The notes under the pieces were generated by a model, which had not been told where the DNA came from, made no database searches, and saw nothing but the letters and a program-made list of their open reading frames with translations. Shown here piece after piece: positions 48,524-58,937 of a stretch of 64,000 bases of DNA. A program made the position numbers and the translations under genes. Source of the stretch: Thermotogota bacterium. GTDB taxonomy: Bacteria; Bipolaricaulota; Bipolaricaulia; UBA7950; UBA9294. The DNA lies in NCBI GenBank assembly GCA_039679545.1, contig JBDKUT010000163.1, positions 26,502 through 90,501 on the forward strand, written 5' to 3'. Every line of letters starts with the position of its first letter. Positions within the stretch are counted from its first letter, which is position 1.

Positions 48524-50452
48524 CTACTCGGCCTTCGTTGCGAGCGCCTCCCACTCGCGGTAGTTGGCCTCGAGATCGGCCGTCACGGCCTTGTGCTCCA
48601 CGCCAAGCGATGCGATTCGTTGGCCGTTCCCCGCTTCGCTTTCCGTCACAAGGTCCCGCTCGATCTCGCCGAGCCGCCTCTCAAGCTCCTCGATCGAACG
48701 CTCGATCGCGGTTCGCGCATCGTCGAGCCGCTTCTGCTCGTACTTGTCGAGCTTCCTCGGGCGTACATCCGACGCCTCGTTCGACCGATCCGGCTTCTCG
48801 CCTCGCCGTTCCGACGCACCGGACGAAGCCGCCGGACGGCCTTTCCCGGCGACGGCGTGTCGCGACTCTTCACTGCGCCGTCGGTACTCGGCATATCCGT
48901 ACGACGAAACCGACAGCCGGCCGTCCTCGACCCGCCAAAGCTGCGTCGTGACGGCCTCCAGAAGGGCGCGGTCGTGCGAGACGAGGAGAACCGTGCCGTC
49001 GTACTCTTGAAGCGCCTGCTCGAGGATCTCCTGGCTCGCGAGGTCGAGGTGATTCGTCGGCTCGTCAAGCAAGAGAAGGTTCCCCTCCATCAGCGAGAGG
49101 AGGGCGAGGGCGATCCGACTTCGCTCGCCGCCCGAGAGGGCCTTCGCCTTCTTCTCGACCTCGTCGCCCGAGAAGAGGAAGGCTCCGAGCAGGCCGCGGG
49201 CTTCACTGATCGTGAGCGAACTCCTGCCGAGGATCGTCTCGAGGACGGTTCGGTCGCCGTGGAGCCCTTCTTGCGTCTGCGAGTACACGGCGACCCGCAC
49301 GCCGTGGCCAAGCTCCGCCGCCCCTCGAAGGGGCACCAACTCGCCGGTGATCGTGCGCAGAAGCGACGTCTTTCCGCACCCGTTCGGCCCTACGACGGCA
49401 ACCTTCTCCCCGCGGTAGAGCTCGACGTCGCCGCACTCGATGAGCGGCCGGTCGAAACCGACCGCGAGGTCGGACAATGACAGGACGCGCTTCCCACTCG
49501 CCGTCCCCGCACGGATTCGGAGCGAGATCCGCTTGGCCTCGCGCGGCCGCTCGATCCGCGCCTCTTCGATCCGCTCGAGCTTCTTCTCGCGGTCCTTTGC
49601 CTGGCGGTGTTTCTGCCCCATTTTGTGGCGGCGGATGAAGTCCTTGTACTTCTCGATCGTCTCTTCCTGCGTCACGAAGGCTTCGAGGAGCTTCTCCCGT
49701 TCCGCGTCGCGCGCCCCGCGCGACGCCTCGTACCCAAGCCGGTAGATCGTGACCTGGCCGAAGGCCACCTCCCACGTCCGGTTCGCGACGCGCTCGAGGA
49801 GGTGCCGGTCGTGGGAGACGAGGACCAGAGCGCCCGAGAAGCTGAGGAGCTGTTCTTCGAACCAGTCGAGGGCCGCGAAGTCGAGGTGGTTCGTCGGCTC
49901 GTCCAGGAGGAGGACGTCGGGATTCTCGAGAAGGACGCGGGCGAGGGCCGCTCGCGCCTCCTCCCCTCCGGACAGAATCTCGACCGGCTTGTCGAGCTCG
50001 TCCTCGCCGAATCCGACGCCGGCCAACGCCGCGCGCACGGCGGCGTCGATCTCATAGCCCCCCTCGGCGTCAAACCGGTGGAGCAGGTCGTCGTAGCGAT
50101 GGACGGCGTCCGGCGACGCGCCGGAGCCCAGCTCGACCTCAAGGGTGCGCAGCTCTGCCTCCATCGCCCGCAGCGGCGCGAACGCTTCCTCCATCGCCTG
50201 CCGAAGCGTTCCCGATCCGCGCAGCCGTGCCGTCTGCGGCAGGTAGCCGACGCGGACCGGCCCGATCCGTCGGACGACGCCGCCAGATGGGCGTTCCTCC
50301 TCCGCGAGGAGCTTGAGGAGGGTCGATTTCCCGACGCCGTTGTCGCCGATCAACGCAATCCTGTCCCCGCTGGCGATCTGCCCCGAGAACGGCGCGAACA
50401 GGGTATCGACCCCATACGCCTTCGTGAGCTGCTCGACTTGGATGAGGGACAT
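48524..50452 (-). CDS. ABC-F ATPase (YdiF/YheS/Uup-like) with C-terminal coiled coil
   Basis: Two NBDs with LSGGE and DEPTNHLD, arm region and C-terminal extension. Confidence 0.93.
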   Translation of the reverse strand: MSLIQVEQLTKAYGVDTLFAPFSGQIASGDRIALIGDNGVGKSTLLKLLAEEERPSGGVVRRIGPVRVGYLPQTARLRGSGTLRQAMEEAFAPLRAMEAELRTLEVELGSGASPDAVHRYDDLLHRFDAEGGYEIDAAVRAALAGVGFGEDELDKPVEILSGGEEARAALARVLLENPDVLLLDEPTNHLDFAALDWFEEQLLSFSGALVLVSHDRHLLERVANRTWEVAFGQVTIYRLGYEASRGARDAEREKLLEAFVTQEETIEKYKDFIRRHKMGQKHRQAKDREKKLERIEEARIERPREAKRISLRIRAGTASGKRVLSLSDLAVGFDRPLIECGDVELYRGEKVAVVGPNGCGKTSLLRTITGELVPLRGAAELGHGVRVAVYSQTQEGLHGDRTVLETILGRSSLTISEARGLLGAFLFSGDEVEKKAKALSGGERSRIALALLSLMEGNLLLLDEPTNHLDLASQEILEQALQEYDGTVLLVSHDRALLEAVTTQLWRVEDGRLSVSSYGYAEYRRRSEESRHAVAGKGRPAASSGASERRGEKPDRSNEASDVRPRKLDKYEQKRLDDARTAIERSIEELERRLGEIERDLVTESEAGNGQRIASLGVEHKAVTADLEANYREWEALATKAE

Positions 50453-50542
50453 GGCTCCGGATGGTACGACAACCCCGGAACTCCGGGTAGCCTCGCTTCC
50501 TCACGCACCCCCCCTGTGCTAGCATGCGGAGGTGACAGGGAG

Positions 50543-51559
50543 ATGAAGGAAGCGACGCTCTACGATCACGGTCGAGACAACGCGGTGCACTGCCGCCTGT
50601 GCGCTCACGGGTGCACGATCGCCCCCGGATCCCGAGGGCTGTGCGGCGTTCGCGAGAACGACGACGGAACGCTCTACGCGCTCAGCTACGGGCGACTGGT
50701 CGCCCGCGACGTCGACCCGATCGAGAAGAAGCCGATGTTTCACTTCTACCCGGGGTCGCGCGCCTACTCGATCGCCACCGTCGGCTGCAACTTCACGTGC
50801 CAAAACTGCCAGAATCACTTCATCTCGCAGTACCCGCGCCAGCACGACGGCCGCCTCGTCGGCGACGCGGCCGAGCCCGACGAGATCATCGAGGAGGCGG
50901 TCCGGACCGGTTGCCGATCCATCGCCTACACCTACACGGAGCCCACGATCGCGCTCGAGTTCTACCTCGAAGTCATGCGGCACGCGAGGACCGCCGACCT
51001 CGCCAACGTCTGGGTGTCGAACGGCTACTTCTCGCACGACGCCGCCGACCTCCTCCTCCCCTGGCTGGATGGGATCAACATCGACCTCAAGGGCATCTCG
51101 GACGAGTTCTACCACCGCGTGATCGGCGGCAACGTGCGCCCCGTCCTCGACTCCATCGAGCGCGTTCACGAAGAGGGCGTGTGGGTTGAGGTCACGACCC
51201 TCGTGATTGCGGGGCTCAACGACTCGGACGACGCGCTCCGCTGGACGGCCGAAGCCATCGCGGGGATCTCGCCGTCGATTCCGTGGCACGTTAGCCGGTT
51301 CTTCCCAGCGTTTCGGATGATCCAGCACGCTCCGACGCCGCTGGAGACGCTTGAGCGAGCGCGCCGCATCGGCCTCGATGTCGGGCTTCACTACGTTTAC
51401 ATCGGCAACGTCCCCGGCGAGGGAGAAGAAACCCACTGCCCGTCGTGTGGCGCCGTCGTCGTCCGACGCAGGGGGTACTTCGTGTGGGAGAACCGCCTCG
51501 CCGGCGGCACGTGCCCGTCATGCGGCGCGCCCGTCGATGGGGTCTGGGACACAACCTAG
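50543..51559 (+). CDS. amrS: AmmeMemoRadiSam system radical SAM enzyme
   Basis: CRLCAHGC, DPIEKKPMFHFYPG, CNFTCQNC, AYTYTEP, C-terminal CPSC twice. Confidence 0.92.
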   Translation: MKEATLYDHGRDNAVHCRLCAHGCTIAPGSRGLCGVRENDDGTLYALSYGRLVARDVDPIEKKPMFHFYPGSRAYSIATVGCNFTCQNCQNHFISQYPRQHDGRLVGDAAEPDEIIEEAVRTGCRSIAYTYTEPTIALEFYLEVMRHARTADLANVWVSNGYFSHDAADLLLPWLDGINIDLKGISDEFYHRVIGGNVRPVLDSIERVHEEGVWVEVTTLVIAGLNDSDDALRWTAEAIAGISPSIPWHVSRFFPAFRMIQHAPTPLETLERARRIGLDVGLHYVYIGNVPGEGEETHCPSCGAVVVRRRGYFVWENRLAGGTCPSCGAPVDGVWDTT

Positions 51560-51694
51560 CGCCCCCGAGCCGTGACGATCCGACACTGCAGAGTGCCCCC
51601 CAAGGGAAGGCCGAAACAACGGGTTTCCGGGGTTGCGAAGACTCCACGCCCGGCCTGATGCGCTGTCTGTCGACCCTCCGCGGACGGGAAGCGG

Positions 51695-51866
51695 GCCGAT
51701 CTCACCGCAGAGCGCGCGGAGCTACGCACAGGAAAAGACTGGCAAGAGACGGAATCGCGGCTGTTGGACAGGGCAAGCAACGCTTGAACCTCCGCGCAGA
51801 TCCTTGGGATGCTGGTCGACGATCTGGCTTTCCTCCGCGCTCTTAGCGGCCTCTGCGGTGATCGGC
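51695..51866. repeat. Non-coding element bounded by imperfect inverted repeats (MITE/REP-like)
   Basis: Left gccgatctcaccgcagagcgcgcggagctacgcacaggaa; reverse complement of right gccgatcaccgcagaggccgctaagagcgcggaggaa. Confidence 0.6.
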
Positions 51867-51886
51867 TTCTGACAGAAAAGGACGGC

Positions 51887-52309
51887 CTACCGCATGCGGA
51901 GCTGGACGCGGCGGGAGCCGTCGTCGAGGAGCTCGATCTCCACGAGCGCGTCGCTCGCTTCGACCAGGCCATCAATTCGCTCCGGCCACTCCACGACCGT
52001 GACGCCGCGATCCGGCGGGAGATAGGCGTCGAGGCCCACCTCGGCCAGTTCCGCAAGCGACCCCACGCGGTAGGCGTCCACGTGGTGCAGAGCCAGGCGC
52101 CCCTTGTACTCGCGAGCGAGCACGTAGCTCGGCGAGACGACAACGTCGGTGATCAAAAGCCCCTTGGCGATTCCCTTCACGAACGTCGTCTTCCCCGACC
52201 CGAGCGGGCCGACGAGAGACACCAGCTGACCGTCGCGAAGTCGGGAAGCCAGCTCCTCTCCGACGGCCTCCATTTCCGACGCGTCGTGGGCGATGATCGT
52301 CTTGTTCAT
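51887..52309 (-). CDS. tsaE: tRNA threonylcarbamoyladenosine biosynthesis ATPase TsaE
   Basis: GPLGSGKTTF, SPSY, HVDAYR, VEWP. Confidence 0.95.
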   Translation of the reverse strand: MNKTIIAHDASEMEAVGEELASRLRDGQLVSLVGPLGSGKTTFVKGIAKGLLITDVVVSPSYVLAREYKGRLALHHVDAYRVGSLAELAEVGLDAYLPPDRGVTVVEWPERIDGLVEASDALVEIELLDDGSRRVQLRMR

Positions 52310-54681
52310 GCCGAGCGCACGTGCACGTCGATCTCGCCGAGCCGTCTCGCGAGACGTTCGACGATCTCGGCGACCTCGGCGTCGGTGAGGGTGCGATCCG
52401 AGACGCGCAATGAAAGCTCGTATGTTAGGCTCTTTCGCCCTTCGCCAACCTGCTCGCCTGCGTAGAGGTCGTAGAGAAGAATCGACTCAACCGCGGACTC
52501 CGAGGCGAGGACGGCGCGTACGCGCGCTTCTTCAACCTCGACGGGGACGGTGAGGGAGAGGTCTCTCTTCGCCGCCGGCAGCTGAGGAATCGGCGCGTAG
52601 CGCGCCGGACGATCGACTGTCAGAAGTGCAGCGAGTCCAAACTCGAAGGTGTAGACCGTCGTCGAGATGGCAAACCGATCCGCGAGGTCCGGGTGGAGCT
52701 CCCCGAAGGTTCCGACCGACCGGCCGCCGTGGGTCCAAACGCCGCTGCGTCCCGGGTGGAGGTACGGAGGCGTGCCGTCGGCGACAACGCCCATCCCGTC
52801 GAGGCCGAGGCACTCAAACAGACGATCGAGGAGGCCCTTCGCGGCGGAGAAGGAGACGCGTTCCTTGCCCGACAAGGGAAGTCCCGTTCGCCCGAACAAG
52901 GCTCCTCCGAGCGCGTTCGTCTCGCCTCGGGCCACCGAGAAGATCCGCCCCAACTCGAAGATCATTCCTCCGTCCACGCCGCGACGGAGGTTCGTCTCGA
53001 CCGTCGCAAGGAGCCCCGGGAGGAGGCTCCCACGCAGCGCGTCCTGGCCAGCCGCCATTGGGTTCCGCACCTTGACCAGGTCCTCTTCGGGGATCGAAAG
53101 CACCTCTCTCCAAGAGCGCTCGTCGAACCCGGGGTTCACGACCTCGTCCATCCCGAGGCCCACGAGCGCGCGGCGAACCCGGTCCTTGCCGACCTCAACC
53201 TCGTCCTTCCGCCCTACCCGCACGGCCCCGCGCGGCGCTGCCGACTCGAGCCGGTCGTAGCCGTAGATGCGGCCGACCTCCTCGATCAGGTCAACCTCGC
53301 GCTCCAGATCGGGCCGGAACGACGGGATCTCGGCAGTCACGTCAGCCGAGGCTCCCCGCCCCTTCTTCGCCGGGATCTGGAGTCGCCGAAGAAGGTCGAC
53401 AACCTCCTCGGCTCCGATCTTCATCCCGAGGAGGGCGCGCGCCCGTTCGGGCCGAAGCGCCACGGTCCGTGGGGCCACGGGAGCGGGGTACGCGTCTTCC
53501 AGCCCCGCGACCACGCGACACCCGGTCAGCATCTGCATCCAGTGCGCCGTGCGCGCCGCGACGAGAGGGATTCCCTCCGGGCCGACGCCGCGCTCGAACC
53601 GGTGTGACGCCTCGGTTTGAAGTCCCACGGAACGCGACGACTGTCGGATCGTCTGGTGGTTGAACGTGGCGACCTCAAGGAGAATGCGCTGGGTCTCGCT
53701 GCGGATCTCGCTCTCCTCCCCTCCCATGACCCCGGCGAGGGCGATCGGCCGTCCGCCGTCGGTGATGAGAAGCGCCCTCGGGTCGAGCGCTCGCTTGACC
53801 CCATCGAGGGTTCGGAACGACTCGCCTTGCCGCGCCCGGCGAACGAGGATCGTCTTCCCGAGGAGGTCAGCGTCAAACGGGTGGATCGGGTGCCCAAGTT
53901 CGAGCATCACGTAGTTCGTCACGTCGACGGCGTTCGACACCGGGCGCATTCCGGCTTTGATGAGCCGATGCTGGATCCGGAGCGGCGACGGCCCGACGGT
54001 CACCCCGTCCATGCAGCGCAGGGCATAACGCGGCGTGTCGTGGGGATCCTCGATCTGGATCTCGATCCGATCGGAGGCCCGCGTCTCTTCGCAGGACACA
54101 TCCAGCGGACGTAGCGGCCGGTCGAGCACGGCGGCCACCTCGCGCGCCACACCGTAGACCCCGAAGCAATCCGTCCGGTTCGACTTCACCTTGATGTCGA
54201 GGACGTAGTCGTCGTATTCGAGCAGCTCCGAAAGGTCCGCGCCGATCGTGAGGCCGAGGCGCTCGTCGAAGATCCAGATCCCGTCGGACTTCTCCTCGAG
54301 GCCCAGCTCGGTCTTCGAACAGATCATCCCGTTCGAGACTTCGCCGCGTACCTTCCGTTTCGCAATCCGGAAGCCGGAGGGAAGCTCCGCGCCGATGCGG
54401 GCGAGCGGGACCATCGCGTCAACGCGTACGTTGGCTGCGCCGCAGACGACGTCGAGTGCCTCCGCGCCGACGTCCACGCGGCACAGCGACAGATGGTCGG
54501 AGTCCGGGTGAGGGCGGCACGCCACGACGCGTCCCACCACGACACCGGAAAGCGTCCCCGTGGGCCGGATCTCTTCGACCTCAAGCCCCGCCAGGGTCAG
54601 CCGCTCCGCGAGCCGGTCGATCTCCGGTCCGCTCACCTCAAGGTCGACGTAGTCGCTCAGCCATCGACTCGGAATCCCCAT
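52306..54681 (-). CDS. pheT: Phenylalanine-tRNA ligase beta subunit
   Basis: HPDSDHL, VCGAAN, SNGMICS, VDVTNYVMLELG, REVDLIEEVGRIYGY, FDX-ACB C-terminus. Confidence 0.97.
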   Translation of the reverse strand: MGIPSRWLSDYVDLEVSGPEIDRLAERLTLAGLEVEEIRPTGTLSGVVVGRVVACRPHPDSDHLSLCRVDVGAEALDVVCGAANVRVDAMVPLARIGAELPSGFRIAKRKVRGEVSNGMICSKTELGLEEKSDGIWIFDERLGLTIGADLSELLEYDDYVLDIKVKSNRTDCFGVYGVAREVAAVLDRPLRPLDVSCEETRASDRIEIQIEDPHDTPRYALRCMDGVTVGPSPLRIQHRLIKAGMRPVSNAVDVTNYVMLELGHPIHPFDADLLGKTILVRRARQGESFRTLDGVKRALDPRALLITDGGRPIALAGVMGGEESEIRSETQRILLEVATFNHQTIRQSSRSVGLQTEASHRFERGVGPEGIPLVAARTAHWMQMLTGCRVVAGLEDAYPAPVAPRTVALRPERARALLGMKIGAEEVVDLLRRLQIPAKKGRGASADVTAEIPSFRPDLEREVDLIEEVGRIYGYDRLESAAPRGAVRVGRKDEVEVGKDRVRRALVGLGMDEVVNPGFDERSWREVLSIPEEDLVKVRNPMAAGQDALRGSLLPGLLATVETNLRRGVDGGMIFELGRIFSVARGETNALGGALFGRTGLPLSGKERVSFSAAKGLLDRLFECLGLDGMGVVADGTPPYLHPGRSGVWTHGGRSVGTFGELHPDLADRFAISTTVYTFEFGLAALLTVDRPARYAPIPQLPAAKRDLSLTVPVEVEEARVRAVLASESAVESILLYDLYAGEQVGEGRKSLTYELSLRVSDRTLTDAEVAEIVERLARRLGEIDVHVRSA

Positions 54682-54705
54682 CGCCCGACTCCTTCGCGTC
54701 CCTTC

Positions 54706-57474
54706 CTACAGCGAGAACCCTACGTAGACGGCGGGAACCGGCTCACCGGTGACCGGCACGGCAACTCCGACGCGAACAGAGAGGGAGACGAGCCCGCCCA
54801 ACGTAGAGAGGTCGAACGCCTCTTCGATCCCGGCCTCTACGCTGGGGGACGTTGTACCGAATCGATCGACGCTTGTCCAACCCACGCCGCCGGCAACGTA
54901 GACGCGCAGGCTTTGTCCGTCAATCATCGCCAGGTTGAATACGTTGTACGGAAGCCCTTCTGCCGATGGGAACTCGAGTTGGAGGCTTGCCGAGAGCTTG
55001 TTCGGCGCCGGCGCCGGCGCCATGGACACGAGCTCGTTGAAGTCAAAGAGGAGGCTCTGCGGGACGTCTCCCGAACTGAAGCCGAGGAACCCGGTCCCCT
55101 GAAGGTACATCCCCGGGAAGACTCGCAGCTCATCAAACGCCGTGAGGGAGAGGCGCGCGGACCCTCCCGAAACGAGGTCCACGGCCGCCGCGGCGATCCG
55201 GCTCGTCGTCACGGACGGCAACCGGACGGCCGCCAACCGCGCGACGTAGAACGGTTCGCCCTGGGAAACGAGCCGATACGCCGAGCCGGTGATCGTGAGC
55301 GCGGCGTCCCACGTGGTCCCGGGCGCGCCAGTTTCGATCGGCTCGTAGCGCGTGACGGCGTAGGCGAAACTTCCAACAAGCCCCGCCGACGAGAGCGCCG
55401 CGGCGGCGGAGATTTCAACGTCGCGCCCTTGCCGCACGACGACGGCCGCCGAGGTTTCCTCGAGGTCGAGCTCGAACCGATCGAGACGAGACAAGACGAT
55501 GCCGCCCGACGTGGTCGGTGACAGGACGTAGGCGTCGAGGGGGTATGCAGCGCGAGTGGCCGCCACGACAATCTTCACCGGGTAGTGGTTGTTGATTCGA
55601 TCTCGATCGGGGAGCCGGTGATCCGGGTCGATCGTGACCTCGGTCACAGGGGACGGCGTTCGGAAGACAACTCGGCCTTGAGCGTCTCGATCATCCTTGA
55701 CAGGGCCCCTCTCGGCGCCTCCGCTCTCCTCAGAGAGGCGCCCCGTCGCGGCCTCTCCGTCCCAAGCGAGCCGCACGGTCGCTCCGGAGGCCAGGGTCGC
55801 TTCGACCTCGACGTCCTGGACTGTTCCTCCCTCGCGCGTCACGGCGACCGTCGTCTCGTAGGCGCCTTCCTTCTCGGCTCGCCCGACGATGCGCACGGTG
55901 TAGTCGACGGATCCGGCACCGTAGACCCAGACGCTGAACCATTCCTCCAACGACACGCCCGACTCCTCCTCGACCAGGGAGCGGAGCAGGGCCGAGTCGA
56001 GGCGCGCCGCGCGTCCCGCCTCGACGGCGCGGGAAAGCGCCCGATCGAACGTCTCCTCGCCCACCGCGGCGGCGAGCGCTCGAGCCACGACGTACCCCTT
56101 GTCGTAGAGTCGCGTCGACGTCTCGTTCGCGTAGTCGAGGTCGGCCGCCGGCTTCACCAGCGCCTCGTCGAACGCACTCCACACCGACGTGAGGTACGGA
56201 AGTTCGATCAGGTGCTCGCGAAGGTTCAGGTACCCGAACAAGCGGGAGACGTACTCCTCAAGGATTCCCTCGCCGCGGACGTCGATCAGGTTCGGCTCGT
56301 CGGCCCCGTGCGCCCGCTCGAAATACAACACGGACGCGTACTGGGCCAGCCCCTCGGAGAGCCACCCCTCCCCGTCGAGATCAACGCCCATCCCCACGCC
56401 GAACCACTGGTGGGCGATCTCGTGAGCGAGGACGTACTCGGTCACGCGGTGGAGGATCTCAGGGAGCAGGACGTCGCGGTGGGTGAAGAACCGCGTCGAC
56501 AGCCAGACGATTCCGTCGGCGGAGAAAGCGTCGCCGGCCGTGTTGGGGTTCTCGACGATCGTCAAGACAGAGCGGGGGTAGGCTCCGTAGCGGCCCTCGT
56601 ATTCGGCGAGAATGTCGCGCGCGTACGTGGCGAGCAGGCGCGCCGTGTTCTCGTGCCCCTCAAAGTAGGCGACACGGATCGGCGTCGGACCGTCGAGTTC
56701 ATACTCCTGGTACTGGGTCCCGAACGCGATCGCAAGCGACCGGGTCGAAGACTCGTTGTGCGTTCGAACGTGTCGTGTGCCATCGTCGGAGAGGCCGAGG
56801 TCCTCGACCGCGTCTGCGCCCGCGTAGAAGCGGGCATCGCCGGGCAGGGAGAACTCGGCCTCCACGTTGGCCCGCGGCAGGACCAAAGGGAACGCGTCGT
56901 CCTCGCCGTGAACGAGAACGCCGTCCCGCTCTTCGTATGTCCCGTCGTCCTCGACAAGGAGAGGGAACCAGCCGAACCGCCACGTGAAGGTTTCGTCGGT
57001 CACCCCACCGTCCCCCGAGGCGAGTCGAGGGACCGACGTCACAAACTCGATCCGGATCGTGGATGCCGCCGCGTCAACGGCGAGGACCGTCTCCTCAAGG
57101 TTGTAGGTCTGGAACGCAGGTGGCATCGCGAGAAGCCGGTACGGCGCGGGCGATCGGTCTCCCTCGTCGCCACACGTTACGGCCACGACGTCGAGCCCCG
57201 AGGGCGAGAAGCCGTTCGGGTAGGTGGTGTCGATCGACCGCGGGGAGAGGTACGGGTTCGGCGTCCGGTCGAGGTTCGGGAGAAGGAGGAAGTAGATCGT
57301 GCCCGGCGCCGATTCGAAAGCCACGTCCAGCGTTCCGTGCATCTCGCGCCTGGTAGCGTCGTACGCGACCGTCAGCCGCTCCGACGGAACCGAGGCTCCC
57401 TGCACCGCCGTACCGGCGCAGAGGAACCCGAGTCCCAGAGCAAGAACGAGCCCGCCTCTTCTCCCTATCGTCAT
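54706..57474 (-). CDS. Exported M1-like (gluzincin) metallopeptidase with C-terminal beta-rich domain
   Basis: HEIAH-X18-E (WLSEGLA), YDKG; signal peptide. Confidence 0.85.
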   Translation of the reverse strand: MTIGRRGGLVLALGLGFLCAGTAVQGASVPSERLTVAYDATRREMHGTLDVAFESAPGTIYFLLLPNLDRTPNPYLSPRSIDTTYPNGFSPSGLDVVAVTCGDEGDRSPAPYRLLAMPPAFQTYNLEETVLAVDAAASTIRIEFVTSVPRLASGDGGVTDETFTWRFGWFPLLVEDDGTYEERDGVLVHGEDDAFPLVLPRANVEAEFSLPGDARFYAGADAVEDLGLSDDGTRHVRTHNESSTRSLAIAFGTQYQEYELDGPTPIRVAYFEGHENTARLLATYARDILAEYEGRYGAYPRSVLTIVENPNTAGDAFSADGIVWLSTRFFTHRDVLLPEILHRVTEYVLAHEIAHQWFGVGMGVDLDGEGWLSEGLAQYASVLYFERAHGADEPNLIDVRGEGILEEYVSRLFGYLNLREHLIELPYLTSVWSAFDEALVKPAADLDYANETSTRLYDKGYVVARALAAAVGEETFDRALSRAVEAGRAARLDSALLRSLVEEESGVSLEEWFSVWVYGAGSVDYTVRIVGRAEKEGAYETTVAVTREGGTVQDVEVEATLASGATVRLAWDGEAATGRLSEESGGAERGPVKDDRDAQGRVVFRTPSPVTEVTIDPDHRLPDRDRINNHYPVKIVVAATRAAYPLDAYVLSPTTSGGIVLSRLDRFELDLEETSAAVVVRQGRDVEISAAAALSSAGLVGSFAYAVTRYEPIETGAPGTTWDAALTITGSAYRLVSQGEPFYVARLAAVRLPSVTTSRIAAAAVDLVSGGSARLSLTAFDELRVFPGMYLQGTGFLGFSSGDVPQSLLFDFNELVSMAPAPAPNKLSASLQLEFPSAEGLPYNVFNLAMIDGQSLRVYVAGGVGWTSVDRFGTTSPSVEAGIEEAFDLSTLGGLVSLSVRVGVAVPVTGEPVPAVYVGFSL

Positions 57475-57521
57475 GAGGACCTCCGACCGAACGTTCCAGT
57501 CTACTCGTCCGGGCCCACGTT

Positions 57522-58826
57522 TCATCCGGCCGACGACTCCTCGGAGTAGGTGCGGTCGGCCACAACGCGCGCCCGGGTCACCTCGCGATCGCTTGCCCGT
57601 TCGACAAGAAGCGTGACCCCTCCGACCTTCACCTCATCGCCGGGCTTGGCGAGCGTGTTCAGGCGGTGCTGGACCAGCCCGTTGACCGTGACCCCTTCGT
57701 CCTCCGGGAGCTCAATGTCCATCGCCCGGTTCAGGTCATGAATGGAGATGTCTCCGGAGACGAGTGCCTCGTCACGCGACAGGCGCTTGACGAGCCGCAT
57801 GGGAGCCGGCTCGTCGTACTCGTCTTCAATCTCGCCGACGATCTCCTCCAAGATGTCCTCCAGGGTCACGATCCCCGCCATCCCGCCGAACTCGTCGATC
57901 ACGACCGACATGTGCACCTTCTGCCGCTGCAGCTCTCGAAGCAGGAGGTTGATCGGCTGCGTCGTCGTCGAGAAGTGCGCCGGCCGCAGAAGCTGGCGTA
58001 ACGTCTTCGTCTCGTTCGCCGCCTTGATGTTGAGGAGATCCTTGGCGTACAGCGTTCCGATCACGTTGTCGGGAACCCCCTCGTACACGGGGAAGCGCGA
58101 GTGGCCGTCCTTCGCGATCAGAGCCCGCACCTCGACCATCGGCGTGTCCACGGCGATCGACTCGACGTCCGGGCGCGGAACCATCACCTGCTCGGCGGTG
58201 ACTTCGTCGAAGTCAAGAATCCGCCGGATCATGTCTCCCTCCGCCGGAGCGAGCATTCCACTCTCTTCGCCCGCGTCGATGAGGGTCTCGATCTGCTCAT
58301 CGCTCACGCCCACCGGTTCCTTCTCCGCAAGGTCGATCCCGAAGAGGCGAGCGATCCCCTTCGCGACGGTGCGGAAAAGAACGACGACCGGTCGGAGAAC
58401 CGTCGCGAGCGCGTGAACCTGGTTGATCGTCGCGAGAGCGAACCGCTCCGCGTTGTGCTTGGCCACGTTCTTCGGCGTGATCTCCCCGAATACGAGGAGG
58501 GAGATCGTCATGACCGCCGTGGCGATCAGCCCCTGCGAGGTCTGCGACATCGCCGGGAGGACCTGGATGACGATCAGCGTCATGAGCGTGCTTGCGGAGA
58601 CGTTGACGAGGTTGTTCAGGACGAGAAGCGCCGTGATCAGGTCGTTCGGCTCCTCCAGCAAGTGTGTCAACGCGCGTCGTTTTCGGCGATGGGCGTTGAT
58701 CAAGTGCTTGAGGCGACCGTGCGTCAACGACGTGATCGCCGTTTCTGTACACGAGCAGTACGCCGACAGGAAGATCAGCACGAGCAACAACGCCGCTTCC
58801 GCGGCCAAGAACGCTGTATCGCTCAT
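57522..58826 (-). CDS. Hemolysin/CNNM family protein (DUF21 + CBS + CorC)
   Basis: FGEITPK, VMVPR, HSRFPVY, VIDEFGGMAGIVTLEDILEEIVGEIEDE. Confidence 0.93.
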   Translation of the reverse strand: MSDTAFLAAEAALLLVLIFLSAYCSCTETAITSLTHGRLKHLINAHRRKRRALTHLLEEPNDLITALLVLNNLVNVSASTLMTLIVIQVLPAMSQTSQGLIATAVMTISLLVFGEITPKNVAKHNAERFALATINQVHALATVLRPVVVLFRTVAKGIARLFGIDLAEKEPVGVSDEQIETLIDAGEESGMLAPAEGDMIRRILDFDEVTAEQVMVPRPDVESIAVDTPMVEVRALIAKDGHSRFPVYEGVPDNVIGTLYAKDLLNIKAANETKTLRQLLRPAHFSTTTQPINLLLRELQRQKVHMSVVIDEFGGMAGIVTLEDILEEIVGEIEDEYDEPAPMRLVKRLSRDEALVSGDISIHDLNRAMDIELPEDEGVTVNGLVQHRLNTLAKPGDEVKVGGVTLLVERASDREVTRARVVADRTYSEESSAG

Positions 58827-58937
58827 CTCACCTTCGCTATTATAGAAGGGACCTGGACTCGTGCAAGCGGGCTCGTTGTTGCTTTCGCCTCCCGGCCGAT
58901 ACAATCACCTCGCCTCCAAGGAGGACCATCCGTGGAC

